64,000 nucleotides of DNA, taken from the NCBI RefSeq assembly GCF_003918875.1, contig NW_025766974.1, forward strand, positions 496,001 through 560,000, in the 5' to 3' direction. Made by a program: the position numbers and the translations under genes. How positions within the stretch are numbered: position 1 is the stretch's first letter; every line of letters begins with the position of its first letter. The notes beneath the pieces were generated by a model, which saw nothing but the letters and a program-made list of their open reading frames with translations, did not search any database and had not been told where the DNA came from. Source of the DNA: Haliotis rubra. Taxonomy: Eukaryota. Positions 25,801 through 40,800 of the stretch are shown here, in pieces.

Positions 25801-28800
25801 GTAACCATAACCTACCTGTTGAAGTTGGCCGTTGGCATGGCATTGATCGTGAAAACAGAACCTGTAACCATAACCTACCTGTTGAAGTTGGCCGTTGGCA
25901 TGGCATTGATCGTGAAAACAGAACCTGTAACCACAACCTACCTGTTGAAGTTGGCCGTTGGCATGGCATTTATCGTAAAAACAGAACCTGTAACCACAAC
26001 CTACCTGTTGAAGTTGCCGTTGGCATGGCATTGATCGTGAAAACAGAACCTGTAACCACAACCTACCTGTTGAAGTTGGCCGTTGGCATGGCATTGATCA
26101 TAAAACAGAACCTGTAACCACAACCTACCTGTTGAAGTTGGCCGTTGGCATGGCATTGATCGTGAAAACAGAACCTGTAACCATAACCTACCTGTTGAAG
26201 TTGGCCGTTGGCATGGCATTGGTCATGAAAACAGAACCTGTAACCACAACCTACCTGTTGAAGTTGGCCGTTGGCATGGCATTTATCGTAAAAACAGCAC
26301 CTGTAACCACAACCTACCTGTTGAAGTTGGCCGTTGGCATGGCATTGATCATGAAAACAGAACCTGTAACCACAACCTACCTGTTGAAGTTAGCCGTTGG
26401 CATGACATTGATCGTGAAAATAGAACCTGTAACCACAACCTACCTGTTGAAGTTGGCCGTTGGCATGGCATTGATCGTGAAAACAGAACCTGTAACCACA
26501 ACCTACCTGTTGAAGTTGGCCGTTGGCATGGCATTGATCATGAAAACAGAACCTGTAACCACAACCTACCTGTTGAAGTTGGCCGCATGGCATGGTTGGC
26601 ATGGCATTGATCATGAAAACAGAACCTGTAACCACAACCTACCTGTTGAAGTTGGCGCTGGCATGGCATTGATCGTGAAAACAGAACCTGTAACCACAAC
26701 CTACCTGTTGAAGTTGGCCGTTGGCATGGCATTGATCGTGAAAACAGAACCTGTAACCACAACCTACCTGTTGAAGTTGGCGTGGCATGGCATGGCATTG
26801 ATCGTGAAAACAGAACCTGTAACCACAACCTACCTGTTGAAGTTGGCCGTTGGCATGGCATTGATCGTGAAAACAGAACCTGTAACCACAACCTACCTGT
26901 TGAAGTTGGCCGTTGGCATGGCATTGATCGTGAAAACAGAACCTGTAACCACAACCTACCTGTTGAAGTTGGCCGTTGGCATGGCATTGATCGTGAAAAC
27001 AGAACCTGTAACCACAACCTACCTGTTGAAGTTGGCCGTTGGCATGGCATTGATCGTGAAAACAGAACCTGTAACCACAACCTACCTGTTGAAGTTGGCG
27101 TTGGCATGGCATTGATCGTGAAAACAGAACCTGTGGCAAACAGATTGATCCAGAACCTGTAACCACAACCTACCTGTTGAAGTTGGCCGTTGGCATGGCA
27201 TTGATCGTGAAAACAGAACCTGTAACCATAACCTACCTGTTGAAGTTGGCCGTTGGCATGGCATTGATCGTGAAAACAGAACCTGTAACCATAACCTACC
27301 TGTTGAAGTTGGCCGTTGGCATGGCATTGATCGTGGAAACAGAGCCTGTCACCACAACCTACCTGTTGAAGTCGGCCGTTGGCATGGCATTGATCGTGAA
27401 AACAGAACCTGTAACCATAACCTACCTGTTGAAGTTGGCCGTTGGCATGGCATTGATCGTGAAAACAGAACCTGTAACCATAACCTACCTGTTGAAGTTG
27501 GCCGTTGGCATGGCATTGATCATGAAAACAGAACCTGTAACCACAACCTACCTGTTGAAGTTGGCCGTTGGCATGGCATTGATCATGAAAACAGAACCAG
27601 CAATCTCTGTAAATCACCTGCTGTAGCAGATGAATTTCATTATTTATTTAAATGTGAAGCTTTTACTGAACAAAGAAAGAAATGCATTCCCATTACATAC
27701 TTATCTTTCCCTAATCTAATAACTTATGAAAACATATTCCTTGCACAATCAAAAATTTAGCAAAATACCTAAACCTAGTTGATACAAGTGTGAAAAAGAC
27801 TAAATGATTATATTGTAAACTGTAGCTATGCTGTATTAAATTGTAAAACTATAATTGTACTTTCTGCCATCTTGCCTGTATGTATATGTATTGTAAATGT
27901 TTATAATGTCTCTCTTGTACCACCAAGAGTGGTTCTTTGGAGAATAAGAGAGTTTGAGTTTTGAATTCCATTAAGAACCTTGTTCTGTATGACGTAATAT
28001 TGTGGCACAAAATGTCACACAAGTCGAAGGCCTTACTACAGACATTGCTTTCATTAGCTGGACCAGTTAATGATCCTCAATAACCAACAATGATTCTCAT
28101 ATTTGTTCGATAATTCCAGTTAGAGAAGTCATATCATTTTTTGTGTAGATCTGGAGGGGGAATGACGTCCACAAAACCTCTGTTCTACATAAATGAAGTT
28201 GGCGTCTACAGTTACCTCGGCAACACACAGATGCTTTTGCCCTTCTTAGACGTCATCTCAGTAAACGATGGTATCTGGCACATGGTCATCGTTACCTGGG
28301 ACAACACTCGGGGTGAGCTCAGCCTCATCATGGACAGCATCAGACACCATCTTCAGGCTGACTACGCAACAGGTCAACCCCTTCCAGCAAGGTATGCTGC
28401 AGATGTTGGATGTCTCTGTTTTTCTGTATACGTTAGCACCCTCCTCAAGGGTGATATGGATTTCAACGCTCGAGCCGTCAGGCGAGAGCGTTGAATCCAT
28501 ATCACCCGCAGAGTGGGGGTGCTTCCCTACTTATACCACGTACCGAATGGACTCGTACATTGCTTGTTGCACGTGCGTTTCCTGCACCGCCAAGGTTATT
28601 ATCCACATATCAACCTCTGCACATGCAGATAGAAGGTTGATACACAGAAAATCAACCTGCCAGAACAATGGACATAACATACCCTAGTGGTATAATTTCA
28701 AATATTAACCAAGTATATTTTTTGGTTTTGACTATTTCCTTTGACAGATCTACAGGTATATGTATACTTGACATATCTTACAGACATATGTTATTGTCAG

Positions 28801-31800
28801 ACTTTCTATGACACTTGGTTGTTAACTCTGACAATTTTGTAGGATGGGTATTCATGTTAGTTAATGAGGTCAGGTGTGAAGTAACAAAAATACAGCTGGT
28901 AAAGAATTGTTAAAAATATTGGTAAGTTGTTCTGTATGTTGTGTGTATGTTGGACAATGTTTCTCCAGACTTTGGATCTCCATGGGAGCACACCCAGCCC
29001 CACCCTCTGCCGACACCCCTGTCAACTCCTCTGTGCCTTTCCATGGCTGTGTGTCACAAGTCAGCCTCTACAGTAGACATCTGGACTTTGGATCTGAAGC
29101 AGCAGGATTGGACCGTCGTCCCATGGCAACACTGTCACCAGGGTTAGTGATGAGATGGACAGAGCTGGACACCCATGGATCTGCCCTCATTGTCCGACCC
29201 TCCACGGCAAAGCTGTGTCCCAGCGGGGATGCATCATGTCTCACCCCCATTAGAGGTCAGTGACCATACTGTGTGCGAGTTCTCTACAGCTGAAGGCTTG
29301 TTTCATCATGTGACAATATCATCCCCTCATGTTAAATTTGTTTCAGATACAACAACTCAGTTGTTGGTTTATTCTGTTATTTTCTTTCAAAATTAATGTT
29401 GTTTTTCTGGCAATTTCAAACTTGAGACAAGTGTCAAATGAAATTCCCTTAGGACATCAAGTGTTTCTTGAGACTGAATGAGACACAAAGTCCTTTTTAA
29501 TGATTTTATTTAATTTTAACAGTCATTTGTTTTGATTTCTATAGATTCTTCTCCTGTGAAAGTGGTCTTTTGTCCTGAGAATCAGTTTGTGGCTGCACCC
29601 TCTGGAACAGTTCAGGTTTACTGGGAGGATCCTCGCTTCAGTGGAGCTGTATCATACACGTCCAACTACAGACCAGGTAGTTTAGGGCTGTAGTAGGTCA
29701 TACAAGTGCCAGTGGTTCACCTGCTTAAAGTAGTGATGCATTACGACTATACAAGTACTGATGCATCACCTCAATACAATTATTAATGCATCACCTCTAT
29801 ACAAGTACTGATGCATCACCTCAATACAATTATTAATGCATCACCTCTATACAAGTACTGATGCATCACCTCAATACAATTATTAATGCATTACCTCTAT
29901 ACAAGTACTGATGCATCACCTCAATACAATTATTAATGCATCACCACTATACAAGTACTGATGCATCACCTCAATACAATTATTAATGCATCACCTCAAT
30001 ACAAGTACTGATGCATCACCTCAATACAATTATTAATGCATCACCTCTATACAAGTACTGATGCATCACCTCAATACAATTATTAGTGCATCACCTCAAT
30101 ACAATTATTAATGCATCACCTCTATACAAGTACTGATGCATCACCTCAATACAATTATTAATGCATCACCTCAATACAAGTACTGATGCATCACCTCAAT
30201 ACAATTATTAATGCATCACCTCTATACAAGTACTGATTCATCACCACAATACAATTATTAATGCATCACCTCTATACAAGTACTGATGCATCACCTCAAT
30301 ACAATTATTAATGCATCACCTCTATACAAGTACTGATGCATCACCTCAATACAATTATTAATGCATCACCTCAATACAATTATTAATGCATTACCTCTAT
30401 ACAAGTACTGATGCATCACCATCATACAATTATTTATGCATTTTCTACTTCATATTAAGTAGCTGTCCTTTGATTATATTACAATTGTGGAACAGCTAAC
30501 CAAGGCTAGATTGTATGGCATCTAATCTAGAAAGTCTAAACTGAATTTGTATTGCATTAATGAGATTGTTCTAAGACTGTTTTCATGAATGTTACAAAGG
30601 TGTTGCACTTTCAACTGGGTCGCACATGGTGGTGTGTGAAGCTCGAGACGCTGCAGGGAATGTGGCCCTTTGTTCCTTTATGGTGTATGTCAACAGTGAG
30701 TATAAGCTAGAGTATGTTACATCAATAGAAACATCCAACTTCGTACCTCAAGCACATGTCTCACAGATCGTAAAGGACTTGTCAAGAGTGAGTATAAGCT
30801 AGAGTATGTTACATCAATAGAAACATCCAACTTCGTACCTCAAGGACATGTCTCACAGACCGTACAGGACTTGTCAACAGTGACTATAAGCTAGAGTATG
30901 TTACATCTATAGAAACATCCAACTTCATACCTCAAGGACATGTCTCACAGACTGTAAAGGACTTGATCCTTCATGGTGTATGTCAACAGTGAGTATAAGC
31001 TAGAGTATGTTGCATCTATAGAAACATCCAACTCCTTACCTCAAGGACATGTCTCACAGACTGTAAAGGACTTGTCAACAGTGAGTATAAGCTAGAGTAT
31101 GTTACATCTATAGAAACATCCAACTCCCTTACCTCAAGGACATGTCAACAGTGAGACTGTTACATCTATAGAAACATCCAACTCTCCTTACCTCAGGGAC
31201 ATGTCTCACAGACTGATGGACTTGTCAACAGTGAGTATAAGCTAGAGTATGTTACATCTATAGAAACATCCAACTCCTTACCTCAAGGACATGTCTCACA
31301 GACTGTAAAGGACTTGTCAACAGTGAGTATAAGCTAGAGTATGTTACATCTATAGAAACATCCAACTCCTTACCTCAAGGACATGTCTCACAGACTGTAA
31401 AGGACTTGTCAACAGTGAGTATAAGCTAGAGTATGTTACATCTATAGAAACATCCAACTCCTTACCTCAAGGACATGTCTCACAGACTGTAAAGGACTTG
31501 TCAACAGTGAGTATAAGCTAGAGTATGTTACATCTATAGAAACATCCAACTCCTTACCTCAAGGACATGTCTCACAGACTGTAAAGGACTTGTCAACAGT
31601 GAGTATAAGCTAGAGTATGTTACATCTATAGAAACATCCAACTCCTTACCTCAAGGACATGTCTCACAGACTGTAAAGGACTTTTCTTCTTATGAGATGG
31701 ACTTTTGGGTATGTAGACAGTATACTGAGTGGGGTATCTAACACTACAGTACTACATGGCGTCTTGCTGAGGTAGTGTCATTAGTATGAACGTGTACAAA

Positions 31801-34800
31801 CTCCTGCATGCACTCACACTCACATGCATACACTCAAATGTGCATGAACATTGCTATGCAAGTGCTGTAATCTTGAACACAACGTTAAACACGTTTCCAC
31901 TTCTCTTTTAGTCTGAAGGATGTCTGGTTAAATTATTATAAATTTGAAACCCCACTGTCGTTATTTAAATTCTGTTTCCCAACCCCCCCAGTGCCAGCAT
32001 AATTGTTTCTGTCAACAGCTGCAAAATTGCTGGCATTGCATAAAACAATATTCATTCACAGGTATAAGTTCAGCAGCCCTGTAACATTGACTTAGAAATC
32101 ACTTCAAACAACAAAGCACATTCTTTCCTGTTTCATTAAGTCCCAGTTTAAAGTGGGGCGGTGGGGTAGCCTAGTGGTTAAAGTGTTCGCTCGTCACGCC
32201 AAAGACCCAGGTTTGATTCCCCACATGGGTACAATGTCTGAAGCCCATCATTTCTGGTGTCCCCACCGTGATATTGCTGGAATAGTGCTAAAAGTGGCGT
32301 ATAACCATACTCACTCACTCACAATTTAAGGACGAAACATTACATGGAACACAGGACAGATATATCTGTATTTGATTATTTCTTTCTTAGAAATTGTTAA
32401 ATACTTTGGTTATTGGTGAGCAGGTGTCTGTATGTGGCCAGTATGCCGTTCTTCTTTCGTAGGAATGTGCCTACAATAAGACTAGAAGAGGAACCTCCCA
32501 GATTGGATATGTACTTATTTCTTCTTGTTTTTAATTTCTAGGTGAGTCATGTCCAGTTCAGGCCATCCCACGGGAAGGGGGTGACAATGTCTGTGAAGCC
32601 AGTAATGGAACGTGGCCATTCACAGCATGTACCCCTTCCTGCCCCTCCCCTACCCATGGGCTGGTGCAGACAGTACCAAACTACTACACCTGTGGCCCTG
32701 GCGGTAGCTGGATCTCGCTAGCTGAGACAGATGGGCTCTATCCCCCATGTGGAGGTGAGGAAATACACCCTGGATCTAACCACAGACAGGTGTATGTAGC
32801 CTTTAATAGTGAATCTAACCCCTACTGGGGGTGTTCTTCCTGGATCTAACCACAGACAGGTGTATGTAGCCTTTAATAGTGAATCTAACCCCTACTGGGG
32901 TGTTCTTCCTGGATCTAACCACACACAGGTGTATGTAGCCTTTAATAGTGAATCTAACCCCTACTGGGGGTGTTCTTCCTGGATCTAACCACAGACAGGT
33001 GTATGTAGCCTTTAATAGTGAATCTAACCCTTACTGGGGGTGTTCTTCCTGGATCTAACCACAGACAGGTGTATGTAGCCTTTAATAGTGAATCTAACCC
33101 CTACTGGGGGTGTTCTTCCTGGATCTAACCACAGACAGGTGTATGTAGCCTTTAATAGTGAATCTAACCCCTACTGGGGGTGTTCTTCCTGGATCTAACC
33201 ACAGACAGGTGTATGTAGTGTTTAATAGTGAATCTATCCACTACTGGGGGGATTTTTCTATTGTTTGAGTTGGTCTCTGGGTCCTCAGTAACACTGTTCT
33301 GGTTGCCACATTTATACAAACTTGGTTTACAGATTTGAGCCCATCAAGAAAGATTCTTTTGTTCTGTTAAACGTTTCTTATAAATATTCAGCCATCAAAA
33401 TTAATTTTTAGGAAACCAAGCATTTATTTCTTGGTTTTCAGATTTTTGTTGAATATCATATTTAGTAGGTTGGGGAAAATAATTAGAACAAACAATGGAT
33501 TGTTATTATTTGTTCTTAAAAAATGTTGTCATCAATTTTCCGTGTGTCTGAAGTAATAGATTGACTTGTCATTTAACTCATGGTAACATGATACTTTTCA
33601 TTTGTCGTGAAGAAATAGAGGTCTTTTCAGATTAGATTATTGAATCAATCAAACATCATAACAATGTTCAAAGGCCTCTAACTAGCTAACCAGGAATGCA
33701 AAACAATGAGGTCTTGACAGGTTGATTAAATCTTTTATAGTCAGAAGCCAATCATCTTCAGGAAAGTGATAAGCCATTTTGGAGTATAACACAAACAAAT
33801 ATCAATTGTTTGTACCCATTGTTTAACAATAAACAATTAATCACACTCATAAAATCCACAAACAGATTAATGCTTGTTCAAGGTCATTGTCTTGTGAAAC
33901 ATTTGACAGTAAAATATTCTCTGTTGCTCCAGAACTGACTGGCCCTGCCCAGCAGGTGTTGACGATGAATCTCCAGTACCGTATTACGGTCAACTCGTGT
34001 CGTGATGTTAGTCGGCTTCTGGAGACGGAGGTAGTGGACAGTGTGAAGATACTGGACACCACTTGGAACGCCTTCTGTGAGGACTCAGGATGCACCTCCA
34101 TCACCAACAACATCACATGCGCACTCCCATATTACAATGTTCAGGTCACATTTCCCAATGTCAGGTGAGCCATGAGATATGTTTTAGCCCTCCAACTAAA
34201 CTTTGGCCCATGAGTAGAAAAGTATATAAACATGAAAAGTTCACTTCATTTCATAGAATCCTTGGATCTTGTGCAGACATTTTGATTCAGATGATAATTA
34301 TTACTCACTTGAGGGATTCCAGGCTAGAGTTTCGTTTTACACTGTTTTTAGCAACATTCCAGCAATATCACAGTGGGAGACACCAGAATTGGGCTTCACA
34401 CATTGTACCCATGTGGGCAATCGAACTTTGGCATAAACCCAGCAATAAGTGGGTACCTGATAGGATCAGATGCAATGTTAATGTCACTCAAGGAGCTGAG
34501 AATGAAAACTGAGTCTGCACTGATTCAATGGCCAGGTTTGTAATTGAGTGTAATGACCATTCTCTTGGGTGAATGTTTGGTGTATGAGCTGACATTATTA
34601 TTTACAGCACAATAGCCATATTGATGTAACATATACAAGCAGATGCTCAAAGTGGATTAGATGGGTATTTACAACAGTGAGTAAGTTGGAGGATAACTGA
34701 ATATTAAACAGTATTTTTTTAATTTCATATCAATTGTACGTTGCTCCATAAGGAACATATAGGTTTTACTGCCCTGTGCTACAACCAGTTGCTTACTGTT

Positions 34801-37800
34801 GTATCTTGTCTTCAGTGCTGTGCTCAACACTTCGGCTGAATCTCGGACCCCAACAGAGATCCTTACTAGAGCAGTTCTGGACAAACACATGTTTAACTAC
34901 AATGTAAGTGTTGCCTTTAACAGAATGGTTTCATAAGCTAGTCTAAGTGTCTGTAGGTGCCCTTGCTTGCTCAATTAAGACAGAGTGCTTCCATCTAAAC
35001 TTGTCTGTAAGTGTTGACCCAACAGAAGACAACACTTGTTCCCTAACAACAGAGTGCTTCCATCTAAACTTGTCTGTAAGTGTTGACCCAACAGAAGACA
35101 ACAATTGTTCCCTAACAACAGAGTGCTTCCATCTAAACTTGTCTGTAAGTGTTGACCCAACAGAAGACAACAATTGTTCCCTAACAACAGAGTGCTTCCA
35201 TCTAAACTTGTCTGTAAGTGTTGACCCAACAGAAGACAACACTTGTTCCCTAACAACAGAGTGCTTCCATCTAAACTTGTCTGTAAGTGTTGACCCAACA
35301 GAAGACAACACTTGTTCCCTAACAACAGAGTGCTTCCATCTAAACTTGTCTGTAAGTGTTGACCCAACAGAAGACAACACTTGTTCCCAACAACAGTGCT
35401 TCCATCTAAACTTGTCTGTAAGTGTTGACCCAACAGAAGACAACAATTGTTCCCAACAACAGAGTGCTTCCATCTAAACTTGTCTGTAAGTGTTGACCCA
35501 ACAGAAGACAACACTTGTTCCCTAACAACAGAGTGCTTCCATCTAAACTTGTCTGTAAGTGTTGACCCAACAGAAGACAACACTTGTTCCCTAACAACAG
35601 AGTGCTTCCATCTAAACTTGTCTGTAAGTGTTGACCCAACAGAAGACAACACTTGTTCCCTAACAACAGAGTGCTTCCATCTAACATGTCTTTTAGAGTT
35701 GACCCAGCAGAAGACAAAAATTGTTCCCAACAACAAAGTTTTTTCATTTGTACTAGTCCGTAAGTGTTGACACTGTGGGTGACCTTACTTACTCAAATAA
35801 AACAGAATGGCTTCAGCTAAACTTGTCTAAAAGAGTTGACCTTCAAGTGACCTAATTGTTCCCCTACAAGAGTTTTGGTTTCCCTGTCTGGAGTCATTGC
35901 CTTCAGTGTTGTTCTGCTGTTAGGAGAGTGTGTGTTTTGTAGTTTGTAATAACATTGGTTAGGTGATAATAATTATGAGTCACAATGTGTAACATTTTGA
36001 GTGTTGGTTGTGGGTCACATTTCACCTCATATATGTTCAATGGCAATAGTATTTTAGAGGTACGCCTTTTGAGAAAGCGCTCTAGAGTTACCTCCCTTGA
36101 CCGGATGTTTATGTTTTGACTCCCGCTCGTATGTGCAACATGTTTCGAGAAAGATCTAAGTGTTTAATGATACAGCCATGCTTTGCTGGAAAGTTCGAGA
36201 ATCTTTGTCAGTGTATATAAAGGCTGGCTGTTGTGTTGTGCGACACAAGGACTGACACACGGACTAACACAGAATTACACGGGACTTTCGATATCACAGG
36301 AGTTGCCCATCGTTGTTTGCCTTCTTCAACATAATCTGACCCTGACACTTCGTGCCTGACTGCTCTCTTTGTAGCCAAGCTCCATTTGGAATATCTGATC
36401 TCCCTATAATTATCAAGACTCTGGTGAGTCATATATTTCATATATGTGACCAATAACTTTGTGACTCAATTGCATTGTATTAGAAATCTGTATTGTGATT
36501 CATTGTAGCTTGCTCATTGTTTGCTCAATATATTATTGAATATTTTAGACTTGTCTGTGTTATATTTTGCTAGTTCAAAGGGATTCTTAAACCTTTTGTC
36601 ATGGCAATTATTTAACCGTAACACTAACACTGTTGTTTTTCTCAGCTTGTAGATCTCCCTGCCACTGACCAGTGCCTTCAGTGTTGTTCTGACTAGAGGA
36701 TGTTGTTTCTCTCTGCTTGTAGATCTCCCTGCCTCTGACCAGTGCCTTCTCTTCTGCCTTCAGTGTTGTTCTGACTAGAGGATGTTGTTTTCTCTGCTTG
36801 TAGATCTCCCTGCCACTGACCACTGCCTTCAGTGTTGTTCTGACTAGAGGATGTTGTTTCTCTCTGCTTGTAAATCTCCCTGCCACTGACCACTGCCTTC
36901 CACTGACCAGTGTTCAGTGTTGTTCTGACTAGAGGATGTTGTTTCTGCTTGTAGATCTCCTGCCACTGACCAGGCCTGTCAGTGTTGTTCTGACTCTGTT
37001 GTTTCTCTCTGCTTGTAGATCTCCCTGCCACTGACCCGTGCCTTCAGTGTTGTTCTGACTAGAGGATGTTGTTTCTCTCTGCTTGTAGATCTCCCTGCCT
37101 CTGACCAGTGCCTTCAGTGTTGTTCTGACTAGAGGATGTTGTTTCTCTCTGCTTGTAGATCTCCCTGCCACTGACCAGTGCCTTCAGTGTTGTTCTGACT
37201 AGAGGATGTTGTTTTCTCTGCTTGTAGATCTCCCTGCCACTGACCACTGCCTTCAGTGTTGTTCTGACTAGAGGATGTTGTTTCTCTCTTGTAGATCTCC
37301 CTGCCTCTGACCAGTGCTTGTAGATCTCCCTGGATGTTGTTTTTCTTTGCTTGTAGATCTCCCTGCCACTGACCAGTGCCTTCAGTGTTGTTCTGACTAG
37401 AGGATGTTGTTTCTCTCTGCTTGTAGATCGCCCTGCCACTGGCCAGTGCGTGTTGTTCTGACTAGAGGATGTTGTTTCTCTCTGTTTATAGGTCTTACTA
37501 CCAGGGGCAATGCCAGAAGCCAGTACCTTTAGTGTTGATGTAGCTCTACTCTGTGCGTTAGGTGAAGTTGAAGTTGAGGGAGATTGCTGTGAGTTATTGT
37601 GCCAATGTAAACTCAGAATAATTCTGTTTTTGTTGTTATTGGTGCTCTTTTGCAAAGCATTTGATCTAACTTATTCATAAATACTTTAACCTAGCATGTT
37701 TGGAGCTACAATCTCTCTTCTATATTATTTATTGATGAATCTTGATACAATTGATATCAAAAGACATAAGTTAAAAAATAACCTCCAAATGCTTTCTTCT

Positions 37801-40800
37801 TTATTATTGTGAAGGTTTAAGTAAAGGCTCATCTGTTGAAGCTAAGTTTAATTGGAATTGCTATACAGGTAATTGAAATACTGACAGTTGCCTAATGAAG
37901 AATGATGTATAGAATACAGAACTGTTCAGATGGATGACATACACATGTTGGTTTAGATTCCTATACCATAGTCAAGGTAAATTTTATAACAAGAGACAAA
38001 TTTAAGAGTCCATTCTTAAAATGTCATTTGTTTACTGCTGCTCAGTCAGTTGAAAAGCTGGAATGTAAAATATGGTTTAAGCATTGGCAGCTGTACAGCT
38101 GTAACCCATTCACTGACTCACATTTGGTATTGTACAGATACCTGTGGACCAGGTACATATCACAGTGCACCAGTCAACAAGTGCCTCAACTGTCCTATGG
38201 GGCAGTATCAGCCACAGTTTGGTCAGGTCACATGTGAGTCATGTGATCCAGGGAAGACAACTCCATCTGTTGGCTCCACAAATCCAGCAGATTGCATCAG
38301 TAAGTCATTGTGGTTATTAAAGCAGCTCTCTGGTCTGCATGTTAGTTAATTCTTTCATCATACAGATGTAGTTTGGATATGAACTTTCCTTTTAGATAGT
38401 GAAAGACAGACTTGTACACAGATATGTATTCAGTCAGTATAGTCAGTGGGTTTTTGGTTGTATTTCTTTGTTGTTTTACACTGCATGTGCACTCAGTAAC
38501 GCTGAAGGGGTCGTTGTCAGCACAGGTACTACAGATATGTACCCCAGGTACATTTCTGTATACAGATATGTACCCTAAACAAAGTCAAACTACAGAAACG
38601 TACCCGGTACCCTAACCGACGGACGAGTCCATATTCCGCGACCCAATACCGAAACCATATGTTGTTATTCCCGTTCAGCTGATTGCAAGTGGTGTATGTT
38701 GTGCACCGTGAAATATTCGTTATACTGTGTATGCTCTTATATAACGCAATCAAATGCATCTAATACAACAGTATGGCAGTTCCGATCAAGAAAACTCCAC
38801 AATGCAGAATGGAATCGTCCTAGGGTACATTTCTGTATTCTGATTATGGCCAGGGTACATTTCTGTATACAGAAACGTACCTGGGGTACACATCTGTAGT
38901 ACCCATGCCGACAACGACCCCTTCAGCCTCAGTAACATTCCTGCTATATGGCAGTCGTCAGTAAATAATCAAGTCTGAACCAGACAATCCAGTGATCAAC
39001 AGCATGAACATCGATCTATGCAATAAGAATACGATGATATGACCACCAACTCCTATCACTTAACCCTTCTGACAAGTAGTGGTTGCTGTAGATCTATTCT
39101 AAAGCTGATCTTCACCGGTAGTATTCAGTTGCAAAGGTCCTAGCACTGTACAACTGAAATTACAGGACTTACGCTGTTTATCACAAAACAGGAACAGAAG
39201 CACATTTAACCACGTGTTTTGGTGGCTATGTGATTGTTGTAAAGGTTTGTGTTGACTGTGATCTGAAAGAAATAATTGAAGCACTAGTAAAATCTTGAGA
39301 TACATCTGATAATAGGATGAGCATAGACTTGCACTGGAAGACACAATGTAACAAAACACTAATACAAGTATGAATTTGTTCTTAGTTTAGACATAGTGAT
39401 ATAGTAAAATTGATAAACAGATGTTTCTGTGAATTTTATTTACATATTGGTCCTACCTACTCAAGTTCAAGGCTTGATATTTTCACTAAAGTACACAGCA
39501 ATTTCTCATAACCTAATTTGACATCCTCGGTGTATGGAGTGCTCAACCTGAGACCATATATCAGTATGTATAGTTATTTATTCCACATATGGTAGTGAAA
39601 GATGACAGAGTGAATGACTATAAAGCATGCATATTCAGGGTGTAAATTCAGTGGATGTACTCGCAGTGTTGGATAACTGCCTAATGAAGCAGAGACCATA
39701 TATATGTATATGGTCTCTGAATGAAGTAACAATGTCTCCATGGATTACTGTACTGAATGCTCACTGTAGTGTTACAGCTCCAATCGCCTCGGCTGTATTT
39801 GCCTGGAATTATGGGATAGTCATTGATTTACAATGACCACCAGCTGCTGTGTTCTATAAGTACAGAAGTGATAACAAAGTTACCACAACACCACCATTGA
39901 GCACATTCCAAACTAAGTGTGTTAGAGTTATCTCCCCTAGACCATGTTCTTTCAGTCATTGCATTGTGGAAAGTGAATGTGTGGCGGCTGTAACTTGTAA
40001 ATTCACATTATGAGTAGAAGGTTTAATAAATGTAGAGTGGAGCAGAGTTAGGCTGTGTACGATAGAAGTCGACTGCACAGCCTACCAAATTCACATGTCT
40101 GCTTGACGAAGACTAGTCGATTGTGCTAAGGAAAAATAACATTCCACTGATGTCGTCCTCAGTGACTAGTTTCAATGGGGCTCTAATCCATCATAATCAT
40201 TTTTAAATTTTTTTCAGTTTTGTTGTAATGATAAGGCCACTTATACAGAACTGAACTCCATGGTGCAAGGTCATGTTCTAGGTGCATACAACACAATGGA
40301 CATTATTACCCCGGATAACCCTAGCTGCCTGTATGGTGCTAAAACGTTCATAGTCATATGACTTATCCCACGAGGTACCCATTTTTGCTGGGTGAACAGA
40401 GGCAATATTGATCAAACTCAATTGCCTATGTGCGTTTTGTTTAGGGGAAGGACAAAATCCTAGAAACTGTCAGGACACAAGCTACCAAACACAGGCACCC
40501 ATCCTAGGACTCTCCGTGACCAACGCTGCTTAACATCAACTGATTGTAGAACAGGGCTCTATGCACAAGACCTATGTACTGAACTGACAGAAAATGTAAA
40601 CAGAAGTAATCATTAATGTGTCATTAAAACAGGAACAGCAACAAACTCTCAAGACAAGTAAAATAAGGTTTACATTATTAGACTAGTCTTGTGGAGTAGT
40701 GTTAAGAAACTGATTTCCAAAGCTTCTGCATGACACGTATGTGCTTCTGTATGATGATTCCATGTACCTGTTGTCTACAGCTAACTGTACCATTGGGCAA

